Of a stretch of DNA of 64,000 bases, positions 17,586 through 25,926 are shown one piece after another. Every line of letters starts with the position of its first letter. Within the stretch, counting starts at the first letter, position 1. A program made the position numbers and the translations under genes. The stretch comes from Candidatus Micrarchaeota archaeon CG1_02_47_40. Lineage in GTDB: Archaea > Micrarchaeota > Micrarchaeia > Anstonellales > CG1-02-47-40. The stretch covers positions 197,343 to 261,342 of the forward strand of contig MNVE01000016.1 in NCBI GenBank assembly GCA_001871475.1. The letters run 5' to 3'. The notes below the pieces were generated by a model. It had not been told where the DNA came from. It worked only from the letters and a program-made list of their open reading frames with translations, and did not search any database.

Positions 17586-17792
17586 ATGACAAATATGAGC
17601 GTTAATTTTGAGGGGTATGTTGAGGAGGTGATGGGGAGGGCGATAAAGAGGGGAATTGTGAAAACGAAGATAGAAGCGTTGAGATTAGGGCTGATATTGC
17701 TTGATGAGAAGTTTAAACTGCATGAGAAAGAAGAAGATGGCGATGATGGAGATTATTTTGGGAAAAAAGAAATGCAGAAAATGAAAAAGTAG
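17586..17792 (+). CDS. RHH antitoxin-like protein (orphan)
   Basis: Paralog of 45963-46226 (TKxEALRLG); TTAATACC/GGTATTAA inverted repeat upstream. Confidence 0.7.
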   Translation: MTNMSVNFEGYVEEVMGRAIKRGIVKTKIEALRLGLILLDEKFKLHEKEEDGDDGDYFGKKEMQKMKK

Positions 17793-17802
17793 CTTCTTTC
17801 TT

Positions 17803-18168
17803 TTACTTCTTCCTGCTTTTTACAATCTTCACTTTTGAAGGGGTAAGCAGTATCTTGTCGTTGTCAATGCGCGCGATGTCCCCGTTTGTCTTTACCACAT
17901 ACGTCTTCAGCTCGTCAATTATTCTCTTTAATTTGTTTGCCTGCTTTGCAATCGGCGTGACGTTAAGAAGCACTATGTTCTTCCTTTTGAGTTCGTCCTC
18001 TATTACGGAAATGTCCGCCTCACTTTCAAGAGCAATCGGCTTTACGTAAAAGTCGGCAGCTTCATGGAGCACGTCAACGTTTTCCATCTCAACCGTGTCC
18101 ATGTACTCCTCTATATTCATATCCTTTCCCAAACCCAGACCCCGCGAAATTTTTTCAAAGATGCCCAT
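17803..18168 (-). CDS. sepF: Cell division protein SepF (DUF552)
   Basis: NIVLLNV, GDIARI, ILLTPSKV; GAGGTG SD before the ATG at 18168. Confidence 0.85.
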   Translation of the reverse strand: MGIFEKISRGLGLGKDMNIEEYMDTVEMENVDVLHEAADFYVKPIALESEADISVIEDELKRKNIVLLNVTPIAKQANKLKRIIDELKTYVVKTNGDIARIDNDKILLTPSKVKIVKSRKK

Positions 18169-18293
18169 AATTGCCACCTCTAGTTTAGCATAAATTCTTG
18201 ATGAATACTGGAGATATTCACACAAAGGATTAATAAGGCTTTTCTTATAAATCTTCGCATAAGTGGGAAATCGGCGGAAAATAACGTGAGCGT

Positions 18294-19511
18294 ATGCCAT
18301 CTTTTTCTGAAATACTGCAAAGGCGCACCATCTTCAGGGACAAGGACGTCCTCTCTCCGCATTACGTGCCGGATGTGCTTCCTTTCCGCGAGGGAGAGGT
18401 GGAGAAGATAATGCTGGTGCTCTCGGGTGCGCTTAAGGGGATGCGGGCGGGAAATCTTTTTATATATGGGAAAACAGGCACTGGAAAAACCTGCTCGGTA
18501 AGACACGTCATGAAAAAATTCATGCAGATGGAAAGCCCGGCAAAAACTGTTTACTTAAACTGCCGCATATACAACTCAAAGTACAAGGTAATGCACAAGA
18601 TTGCAAAGGAATTCATTCCCGAGCTTGAGAAGAGCGGCTTTGGAATTTCATTGATATATGAGAAGCTGATCGAATGGCTGGCAGGCGGAAAAATACAGCT
18701 TATTGTGGTGCTTGATGAAATAGATATGGTAAAGGATTTGAATGAGCTGGTGTATACGCTTGTGCGCACCAATGATGAGCTTTTAGGGGGGGGAATTTCA
18801 GTTGTAGGCATCTCAAACCGGCTTTCATTTAAGGAGATGCTTGACCCAAGGAGCAAGAGCTCGCTTTGCGAAACCGAACTTACGTTTGCGCCTTATGACG
18901 CAGAGAAGATGAAGGCGATATTGAAGCAGAGGCTGGAGCAGGGGTTTGTGCAAGGCGCGGTTGATGAGTCCGCATTGAATCTGGCTGCAGCGATTGCTGC
19001 AACCGAATCAGGGGATGCAAGATACGCACTGCGCCTGCTTCTTAGGGCAGGGGAGATAGTGGATGCTGGAGGGGGGCAGAGGATAGATGACTCGCATGTT
19101 GAGGAGGCACGGCGCTCTGTTGAGGGAGATATGATAAAGGAAGTGATACAAACACTGCCCGAAAATCAGAGAATCGTGTTATATGCGGTGGCGAACCTCT
19201 CGCAGAAGGGAGGGAGGTACTCAAAGCTTGGCGGGAATGAAGATGGGGAAAATTTCCTCCTCTCCGGAGAGGTGTATGAAGAGTATAGCCGCGTGTGCAA
19301 TTCGCTTTGCGTAAAAAAGCGCTCTGCGCGCTGGTACCGTGAGTATCTGAATGAGCTTGAGATGCTTGGGCTGATTACCACCATTGAGAGCGGGAGGGGC
19401 ATGAGGGGGCACACGAGGCTAATAAAGCCCGGCTACCCTGCAGAAGAGCTAAAAAAGATTGTCTGGGAAACGATGGGTTTGGAAGAGGAAGGGAAAAAGA
19501 AGGAGAAGTAG
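18294..19511 (+). CDS. cdc6: Orc1/Cdc6 initiator
   Basis: YVPDVLPFRE, GKTGTGKT, VLDEID, GDARYAL, wHTH tail. Confidence 0.96.
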   Translation: MPSFSEILQRRTIFRDKDVLSPHYVPDVLPFREGEVEKIMLVLSGALKGMRAGNLFIYGKTGTGKTCSVRHVMKKFMQMESPAKTVYLNCRIYNSKYKVMHKIAKEFIPELEKSGFGISLIYEKLIEWLAGGKIQLIVVLDEIDMVKDLNELVYTLVRTNDELLGGGISVVGISNRLSFKEMLDPRSKSSLCETELTFAPYDAEKMKAILKQRLEQGFVQGAVDESALNLAAAIAATESGDARYALRLLLRAGEIVDAGGGQRIDDSHVEEARRSVEGDMIKEVIQTLPENQRIVLYAVANLSQKGGRYSKLGGNEDGENFLLSGEVYEEYSRVCNSLCVKKRSARWYREYLNELEMLGLITTIESGRGMRGHTRLIKPGYPAEELKKIVWETMGLEEEGKKKEK

Positions 19512-19640
19512 GGTGGATTTGGAAGGGGAAATAGTAATGAGATTGAAAGAGGAAGGCAGAGAAGAAGGGAAGGAAAGAAGGGATGGGTTTGAATGAGGAA
19601 AGGGAAATTGAAGGGAAGGCGAAAAAGGGGAGATGAAAAA

Positions 19641-20036
19641 ATGAAAATGACTGCCATCATAATTATTGGAGTGGTTTTTCTTTCTTTTATTGCAGGATGC
19701 ATAACACAGCCGGAAAACTGCGCGGTTATTGCAAACAGCCAGGAGAGGATAAGGTGCTACGCTTCAAATGCAATGATAACCGCTTTTGGAGGGGAGGCAG
19801 ACAGCCATACTGCGGCGGCGGTTGAGTGCGAAAATATATACTCTCTGCGCGGCTATACGGAGTATGAGTTTGGGGAGGCGGAAGCGATGCAGGGGGCAGC
19901 CATGTGCATAAGCGAGGTTGCGATTGCGGTGAAAGATAACAGTGTCTGTGATTATTTGAAAGTAGAGTATTTTGCCAATTCGGACAGTGTTTATGATATA
20001 GAAATGCAAAGATGTTTGGAGTATTCTTCTAATTGA
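19641..20036 (+). CDS. Cys-rich lipoprotein-like secreted protein
   Basis: Signal peptide ending IAGC; C-x10-C repeats. Confidence 0.7.
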   Translation: MKMTAIIIIGVVFLSFIAGCITQPENCAVIANSQERIRCYASNAMITAFGGEADSHTAAAVECENIYSLRGYTEYEFGEAEAMQGAAMCISEVAIAVKDNSVCDYLKVEYFANSDSVYDIEMQRCLEYSSN

Positions 20037-20038
20037 AT

Positions 20039-20341
20039 TTATGGCTTTTCCTGGTAAGCGTCTATGAGCTCAAGCGCCTTTTTTACGCTCATGCCCTCTC
20101 TTATCCCCAAATCTTCAGCCCACTGTGTGGCGCACTTCACTTTCGCCTTGTACATGTCATCGTAGCTTTTCACGCCGGATACGAAGCAGGCAATGTCCCC
20201 AAGCTTCTCGGCAGTCGCCTTGTCAATGTAGCTGCAGGCTACATAGCCGCTTTTCACTTTCAAAATAAGGAGAGGCACGTTGCCTAATTCAAAGCGGATT
20301 CCCGTGTACTTTTTTCCGTCCAAATCTACGGTCTCCTCCAT
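20039..20341 (-). CDS. YunC/DUF1805 family protein
   Basis: GYVACSY, VSGVKS, LGIREGMS. Confidence 0.85.
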   Translation of the reverse strand: MEETVDLDGKKYTGIRFELGNVPLLILKVKSGYVACSYIDKATAEKLGDIACFVSGVKSYDDMYKAKVKCATQWAEDLGIREGMSVKKALELIDAYQEKP

Positions 20342-20415
20342 CTGGCCACCCCTCGCATTTCTTGCTTATCTTTCTTTTGGCAAAAAATGCCGAAAATATC
20401 AAAACTGCGAACTGA

Positions 20416-20679
20416 TTAAAACTGGTAAATGTTTCCTTCCCTTTTCTCATGCTGCCTTTGCGCTATCCTTTTTTTCTTCTCGTAAATCCTTAAGGATTTC
20501 GCGCATGAGGGGCAGTATTGGTTTTGGACGCGCGAGAACATCGTCACGTCGTCGTTGGTTTTCATGTCCGTTGAGAAAACCATTGTGCGGTCAAACTTAA
20601 CTGCCTTGTCGCGAGGCACCCTTCTGCCGCATGCGGTGCAGTTTAGGAGCCGCTCGCGCCCCCTTTTCTTCTTTCCCAT
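20416..20679 (-). CDS. rps26e: Ribosomal protein eS26
   Basis: CTACGRRVPRDKA ... YCPSCA. Confidence 0.88.
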   Translation of the reverse strand: MGKKKRGRERLLNCTACGRRVPRDKAVKFDRTMVFSTDMKTNDDVTMFSRVQNQYCPSCAKSLRIYEKKKRIAQRQHEKREGNIYQF

Positions 20680-20870
20680 TATTTCACCCTTATTGCGTAC
20701 TTGCCCGGGGCGCCTGCCCCGAATTTTTTTGCGATTTCGGATTTTTCAATGTCAAAGAATATTATCTGCCCTGAATGCTTGTCCGTCAAATCCTCGGAGT
20801 TGCACATCGGGCAGGTGTTCCCGGTAAGGAAAAGCAGTCTGCAGCTCTTGCATGCCTTGAATTTTTCCAT
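20679..20870 (-). CDS. spt4: Transcription elongation factor Spt4 (RpoE2)
   Basis: ACKSC, CPMC, SEIAKK, PGKYAIRV. Confidence 0.93.
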   Translation of the reverse strand: MEKFKACKSCRLLFLTGNTCPMCNSEDLTDKHSGQIIFFDIEKSEIAKKFGAGAPGKYAIRVK

Positions 20871-21098
20871 CTTTCATTCAACCCTTTTGCCCGCCTATTC
20901 CTGGCAGGAATTTTCCAATACCTTCATTACGGAAAGATTCTCCAAAAGCCTGCGCCTTGCAAGCCCGGAGAGGTCGGTGTCATATTTTTCAAAACCCCGC
21001 TCAATAATCTTTCCTATTCCCTTTTTGTAAGCTCCATTTTGGGGTTGGCTGCAACCCACTTTTGCTTGTGAAGCTGCTGCGGATTGACGCCCATCAAC

Positions 21099-21731
21099 TC
21101 ACTCCTCTTTCCTCTTTTTTGCCTTCTTCTCCTTCTTTTCTTCTTTTCCCTTCTCCTCCTTTGCCTCTTCCTTGGGGGCGCTCTTGCTCTTCTTCTCTGT
21201 TGCAGCAACCCATTCCTCTTTTCCAAGCCCTTCAGGTCTCATTGTAAGCCCTATTTTCGTGTCGGATATTGTGCCCTTCATGCTGACAGTTGAGATTTTT
21301 GCAAGCACCAAATCCTCCTTTTTGAGTATCTTCTTTGATTCCTTCCCCACAAAGGCAGGGGTTTTCTTGTTGTAATTCAAAAAGTCGTTTGCAATCTGCG
21401 AAAGATGCACCAGCCCCTCAATCGGCCCCAAGCCGAGGAAAGCGCCGAATTCAACCAATTCCGCAACCTGCGCCTCGCACACCTCGTTTATTTGAGGGAG
21501 GTAGGTAAGCGCATTGAAGCGCACATCGTAGTATGCCGCCCCGTCGCCGTGTATTATATTCCCGTCGCTTATTGCCTGCGCATTTCTTATGCAGAGCACT
21601 ATCCCCAAATCCCGGTCGCAGATGCGCTCGTACTTTTCCCGCAGTATCTGCGTTATCGCGTCGGGGAGCTTCATGGAGAAGAGTTTCGGCGGAACCCGCA
21701 CCCTGTCTTCAATCGCTATTTCTAAATACAT
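21099..21731 (-). CDS. rpoE: RNA polymerase subunit E' (Rpo7)
   Basis: VRVPP, GDGAAYY, EFGAF, GLVHLSQI, KIGLTMRPEGLGK. Confidence 0.95.
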   Translation of the reverse strand: MYLEIAIEDRVRVPPKLFSMKLPDAITQILREKYERICDRDLGIVLCIRNAQAISDGNIIHGDGAAYYDVRFNALTYLPQINEVCEAQVAELVEFGAFLGLGPIEGLVHLSQIANDFLNYNKKTPAFVGKESKKILKKEDLVLAKISTVSMKGTISDTKIGLTMRPEGLGKEEWVAATEKKSKSAPKEEAKEEKGKEEKKEKKAKKRKEE

Positions 21732-22040
21732 ATAAGCCACCAAAAAATGAAGTAGAGGGAATATTCTCGGTTCGTTTATAAATACCTTTCGCTTGCAGAG
21801 GGTTGGAAAAACACCAACTGCAACTGATTAATGAAGAAGCGCGCGTTTTCCCGCTCCGCCAGGACCGCCGGGTAATGGAAATGCCTTTCTTGCGTCCGCC
21901 CTGCATTGATTGCGATTTTTTTCATTTCCAGCAATTCCTGCCTTGCAAGAACCGCCGTCATAAGACCGCACAAATCAAGAATTATGCCTCTTGTGATTTA
22001 TAATGGTTTGGCATGGTAGTTATATGCTTCACTGCGTTTC

Positions 22041-24140
22041 TCATATCAGATGCAGCGCAAACTGCACGAACAATGCCGCGAAGAGCAGGGAGATTGTGTT
22101 GAGTATTTTTATGAGTGGGTTGAGCGCAGGCCCTGAAGTGTCTTTCAGCGGGTCCCCGACAGTATCCCCGACTACTGCCGCTTTGTGCGCCGTGCTGCCC
22201 TTCCCCCCAAAATTGCCCTGCTCTATGTATTTCTTCGCATTGTCCCAGGCGCCTCCTGATGTGGACATGAATACTGCCAGAAGCTGTCCGCAGACAAGCG
22301 CCCCTACAAGAAAGCCCCCTACTGCGGCAGGTCCGAGGGCAAACCCCATCACAAGAGGGGTGCCTACTGCAAGCAAGCCAGGCACCATCAGCTCGCGTAT
22401 TGCGGTGTTTGCGGAAATGTCAACGCATTTTGCGTAATCAGGCTTTGCCTTTCCTTCCATTATGCCCTTTATCGTTTTGAACTGCCGTCTAACCTCAAGT
22501 ATTATTTCATTAGCCGCCTTTGAAACCGCATTCATTGAAAGCGCGGAGAAGATGAAGGGAAGCGCGCCTCCTATGAGAAGCCCGAGAAGAACAGAAGGCT
22601 CCAGAAGATTTATTATCGGAATGCCGCTTGGGGAAAGTGCAAGCCCCTCTACGCCTAATTTCTCCGCAGAAATATTCACTTCCTGTGCAAATGCAAGAAG
22701 AAGCGCTAAAGCAGCCAAGCCCGCGGAAGCGATTGCGAATCCCTTTGTAGTGGCTTTCGTAGTATTCCCTACTGCGTCCAATTTATCTGTAATTTCGCGG
22801 TATTTTTCAGGCAGACCGCTCATTTCTACTATTCCTCCCGCATTGTCAGAAACCGGACCGAATGTATCTACTGCGACTATTATGCCCGTTAAGGAGAGCA
22901 TTCCCATCGTAGCTATGGCAACTCCGAATATTCCTCCGAATTTGAAGGAGAGGAGGATACCTACTGCAATTACGAGTATGTAAGGGGCAGTAGCTTGCAG
23001 ACCGACTGCAATGCCGCTTATTATGTTCGTGCCCGCGCCTGTTTGCGCCGCCTTTGCAATTGAGCGAACAGGCGGTTTGGTTGTAGAGGTATAGTAATCG
23101 GTAATGTATACTATGAGAAGAGAAACCGCCAGTCCGACTAAAAGGGAGAGGAAAACGCCAAAGGGAGAGGGCGCATTCTGCACGGGCGGAATAAGTGCCT
23201 CTGAAATAAAATAGAATGCTATTGCACAGATTATGGCGGTTGCAAGTATTCCGCGTGAAAGGGCTTCCATCGGGTCGCCTTTTTCTTTTACCTTCACGAA
23301 GAAGGTGCCGATTGCGGTTGCGATTATGCCTGTTCCTGCAATTATGAGGGGGAAAACTATTCCTGCTGCGCCGAAAACGAAATTCCCCAAAATCATTGCC
23401 GCTATTATTGTTACTATGTAAGATTCAAACAAATCCGCGCCCATGCCTGCGCAGTCGCCAACATTGTCCCCTACATTATCTGCTATGACTGCGGGGTTGC
23501 GCGGGTCGTCTTCAGGTATGCCTGCTTCTACTTTTCCAACCAAATCCGCGCCAACGTCTGCTCCTTTTGTGTATATTCCTCCTCCTACTCTTGCGAACAT
23601 TGCTATAAGGGATGCACCGAAAGCCATTCCTGCAATCATCTGCATCAGAAGGGAGGGGTTTGGGGTGATTAGGGAGGAGAAAAGCAAAAGCAAGCCTGAA
23701 ACGCCAGCCAATCCTAAGCCGACTACTGCCAAGCCCATTACCGTTCCCGCGCGAAATGCAACGGAAAGGGCGGCATTCAATCCATCTTTGGCAGCTGCGG
23801 CTGTGCGGACGTTTGCTTTTGTTGTAATGTCCATCCCTATGTAACCTGCTAATGCTGAAGAGAATGCACCCACGAAGAATGCGCCTGCTATCGCATACCA
23901 AACCGTATCAAAGAGGAAGCCGATTGCTGAAAAGAGAATGACTATGGCAACTGTAAATACTGCAACGTAAATGCTCTGCCTCTTTAGGTATGCGAATGCG
24001 CCTATGCGTATCGCTTCGGCAATTTCGCGCATTTTTTCATTTCCCTCGTCCAGCTTCATTATGCGCAAGTAAAGGAAAACGCTTGCGGCTATTGAAAAAA
24101 GCCCAAGAATGAATGAAAGCATTACCAAGTCTGTTTGCAT
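22041..24140 (-). CDS. hppA: Membrane pyrophosphatase, K+-independent H+-PPase type
   Basis: DVGADLVGKVE, DNVGDNVGD; Lys in GNTTKA marks the K+-independent type. Confidence 0.95.
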   Translation of the reverse strand: MQTDLVMLSFILGLFSIAASVFLYLRIMKLDEGNEKMREIAEAIRIGAFAYLKRQSIYVAVFTVAIVILFSAIGFLFDTVWYAIAGAFFVGAFSSALAGYIGMDITTKANVRTAAAAKDGLNAALSVAFRAGTVMGLAVVGLGLAGVSGLLLLFSSLITPNPSLLMQMIAGMAFGASLIAMFARVGGGIYTKGADVGADLVGKVEAGIPEDDPRNPAVIADNVGDNVGDCAGMGADLFESYIVTIIAAMILGNFVFGAAGIVFPLIIAGTGIIATAIGTFFVKVKEKGDPMEALSRGILATAIICAIAFYFISEALIPPVQNAPSPFGVFLSLLVGLAVSLLIVYITDYYTSTTKPPVRSIAKAAQTGAGTNIISGIAVGLQATAPYILVIAVGILLSFKFGGIFGVAIATMGMLSLTGIIVAVDTFGPVSDNAGGIVEMSGLPEKYREITDKLDAVGNTTKATTKGFAIASAGLAALALLLAFAQEVNISAEKLGVEGLALSPSGIPIINLLEPSVLLGLLIGGALPFIFSALSMNAVSKAANEIILEVRRQFKTIKGIMEGKAKPDYAKCVDISANTAIRELMVPGLLAVGTPLVMGFALGPAAVGGFLVGALVCGQLLAVFMSTSGGAWDNAKKYIEQGNFGGKGSTAHKAAVVGDTVGDPLKDTSGPALNPLIKILNTISLLFAALFVQFALHLI

Positions 24141-24238
24141 GCAAATCAGCCTCCCTAAGAGATTTTGTAATTTAAAGGCGAAGATTTAAAAAAGAAAAGG
24201 GAAGCCGAGAGTTAGCTGCTGGAGATAACTCCTTATGC

Positions 24239-24589
24239 TTAATTTGCGCCCTCCCCTTCATATCCGTCAATGTTCAGCCCCTCCGCCTGCTCAAAAAGAG
24301 AAGTGTAAAGCCCAAGCCTCTCTTCAAGGGAGAGCATCTGTTTTTTTCTCTCGGAGGGAACGGGCTTTGCAATTTCCGCCTTTTTATTTGCTTGTGCAAG
24401 CTGGATTGCGGAAACCGGCTCCATGGAGTTTATTGTGAGTGTTTGTATTGCCGCTTCGTCCTCCGACTGCGGTACTGAAGCCTTCACTATCGGAGGGGAA
24501 AGGAACGCGGAAATGGATTGGAATAGGAAAAAGAGAATCGCTAAAGAAAGCGCAAAAAAGATGAGTGTTGATATTCTCATGCAAGCCAC
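24239..24589 (-). CDS. Hypothetical membrane-anchored protein
   Basis: N-terminal TM; overlaps the upstream gene. Confidence 0.55.
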   Translation of the reverse strand: MACMRISTLIFFALSLAILFFLFQSISAFLSPPIVKASVPQSEDEAAIQTLTINSMEPVSAIQLAQANKKAEIAKPVPSERKKQMLSLEERLGLYTSLFEQAEGLNIDGYEGEGAN

Positions 24590-25416
24590 CTGAAGGACAT
24601 TTTTAGATTGTACAAAAGGCTCTGGAGCTTTTGCGCTGTTGGGTAGAGCTTGATGCTCTCAAAAACCGCCTCTGCGCGTGTAGAATACTCGCCTGCTTTT
24701 TCCTCTTTTTCCGCTTCTGACAGCAGTTTCCCGGCATTTTTTTGCGCGCAGAGAAGGTATGCTTCTTTCACCGCCAGCTTTGCCTTTGAAAGGTCGTTTT
24801 TGAGCATGTCTGCCGCAAAGGAGATTTCATGCGCTTGGCTTGCAAATGCGATGTCTGCCTCTTCCCTGTCTATTGAGGAATAAAGGGAATCTAGTTCAGT
24901 TTGTAATTTTCCATTTTCAATTTCTTCCGCACTTAATGCCTCTTTTGCAGCTTCTATGTTCAGCTTTGCAAGCCTGCAAGCCTGCCGTAAATAATATTGA
25001 GTTGTCTGGCGCAGATAGAGCCTTTCATCCTGCTCATCATAAACATAAGTTGTGTGCGAGAAATCCGTTCCGTAATCGTAATTATTTGAGCCTGCGTATG
25101 AGGAGATGGTGCTTATTGGAATGAAGCCGTCTTCATTGGCAGTTGGCGTGTTGTAGGACACCTCTTCGCAGTCGTTTTCGCTCCAGAAAACGTAGAATTG
25201 GCTTGGTGCATTTTCTTTTGAAGTTTTTTCCTCTTGTGTAATCCGCTTGTAGTGCTCAAGCCTCTGCGAGTAGGAAAGCCCGGCATTGTGAAAAGTCTGT
25301 GCTGCTTCAAGCACGAGTGCGCTTTTTTCCTTCACATTCACAAACCCCTTATCTTGGGCATAAGCTGGCAGTATTGCAAGCAGGAGGAATGCAGCCAAAA
25401 CAAATAAGATACGCAT
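24577..25416 (-). CDS. Hypothetical secreted protein
   Basis: Signal peptide MRILFVLAAFLLLAILPAYA, helical C-terminus. Confidence 0.65.
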   Translation of the reverse strand: MRILFVLAAFLLLAILPAYAQDKGFVNVKEKSALVLEAAQTFHNAGLSYSQRLEHYKRITQEEKTSKENAPSQFYVFWSENDCEEVSYNTPTANEDGFIPISTISSYAGSNNYDYGTDFSHTTYVYDEQDERLYLRQTTQYYLRQACRLAKLNIEAAKEALSAEEIENGKLQTELDSLYSSIDREEADIAFASQAHEISFAADMLKNDLSKAKLAVKEAYLLCAQKNAGKLLSEAEKEEKAGEYSTRAEAVFESIKLYPTAQKLQSLLYNLKMSFRWLA

Positions 25417-25463
25417 ATTTACACTGTTTATAATTATGAGAATGGTGGTTTTTAATCCTTTGG

Positions 25464-25874
25464 ATGGGCAATAGGAAGGATATGAGAAAGGTAATATTGG
25501 ATACGAACTTCCTTCTGATACCATTCAAATTCAAAATTGACGTGTTTGGGGAAATTGAAAGGCTAGTGGAGGAGCCCCATGAAATACTCGTGCCAAGCGG
25601 AGTGATTGGGGAGCTTTTGCACCTGCAGAGAAACAGGGGGGAGCTTGGAAGGAGCGCCAACTTTGCATTCGTGCTTCTTGAGAAAATGAGGACTGAAGGA
25701 AAAGTAAAGGAGATTGAAAGCAGGGGGGATGTAGACGGGTGGATTGGAAAGTTTGCCTCTGAGAATGAAGGAGTGATTGTGTGCACGAATGATATTTACC
25801 TTAAAAAAACGCTGCAGAAGATGAAATTGAAAACGATTGTGCTTCGGGAGAGGGGGTATCTGGCGCTGGTGTAG
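25464..25874 (+). CDS. PIN-domain protein (Fcf1/Utp24-like)
   Basis: VILDTNFL, VCTND. Confidence 0.85.
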   Translation: MGNRKDMRKVILDTNFLLIPFKFKIDVFGEIERLVEEPHEILVPSGVIGELLHLQRNRGELGRSANFAFVLLEKMRTEGKVKEIESRGDVDGWIGKFASENEGVIVCTNDIYLKKTLQKMKLKTIVLRERGYLALV

Positions 25875-25926
25875 AGACAGGGAAAACTATTTAAACAGAA
25901 AATAACTATTTATATGGGATTAAACT

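Noticed and set aside
18169-18293. Replication origin beside cdc6
   Set aside because: No recognisable ORB repeats; the short AT-rich gap is explained by divergent promoters; cannot be excluded without skew analysis
20871-21098. Gene between rpoE and spt4
   Set aside because: Only short or broken frames with no recognisable motif
21776-22003. Small ORFs between rpoE and hppA
   Set aside because: Competing 65-aa frames with no supporting motif
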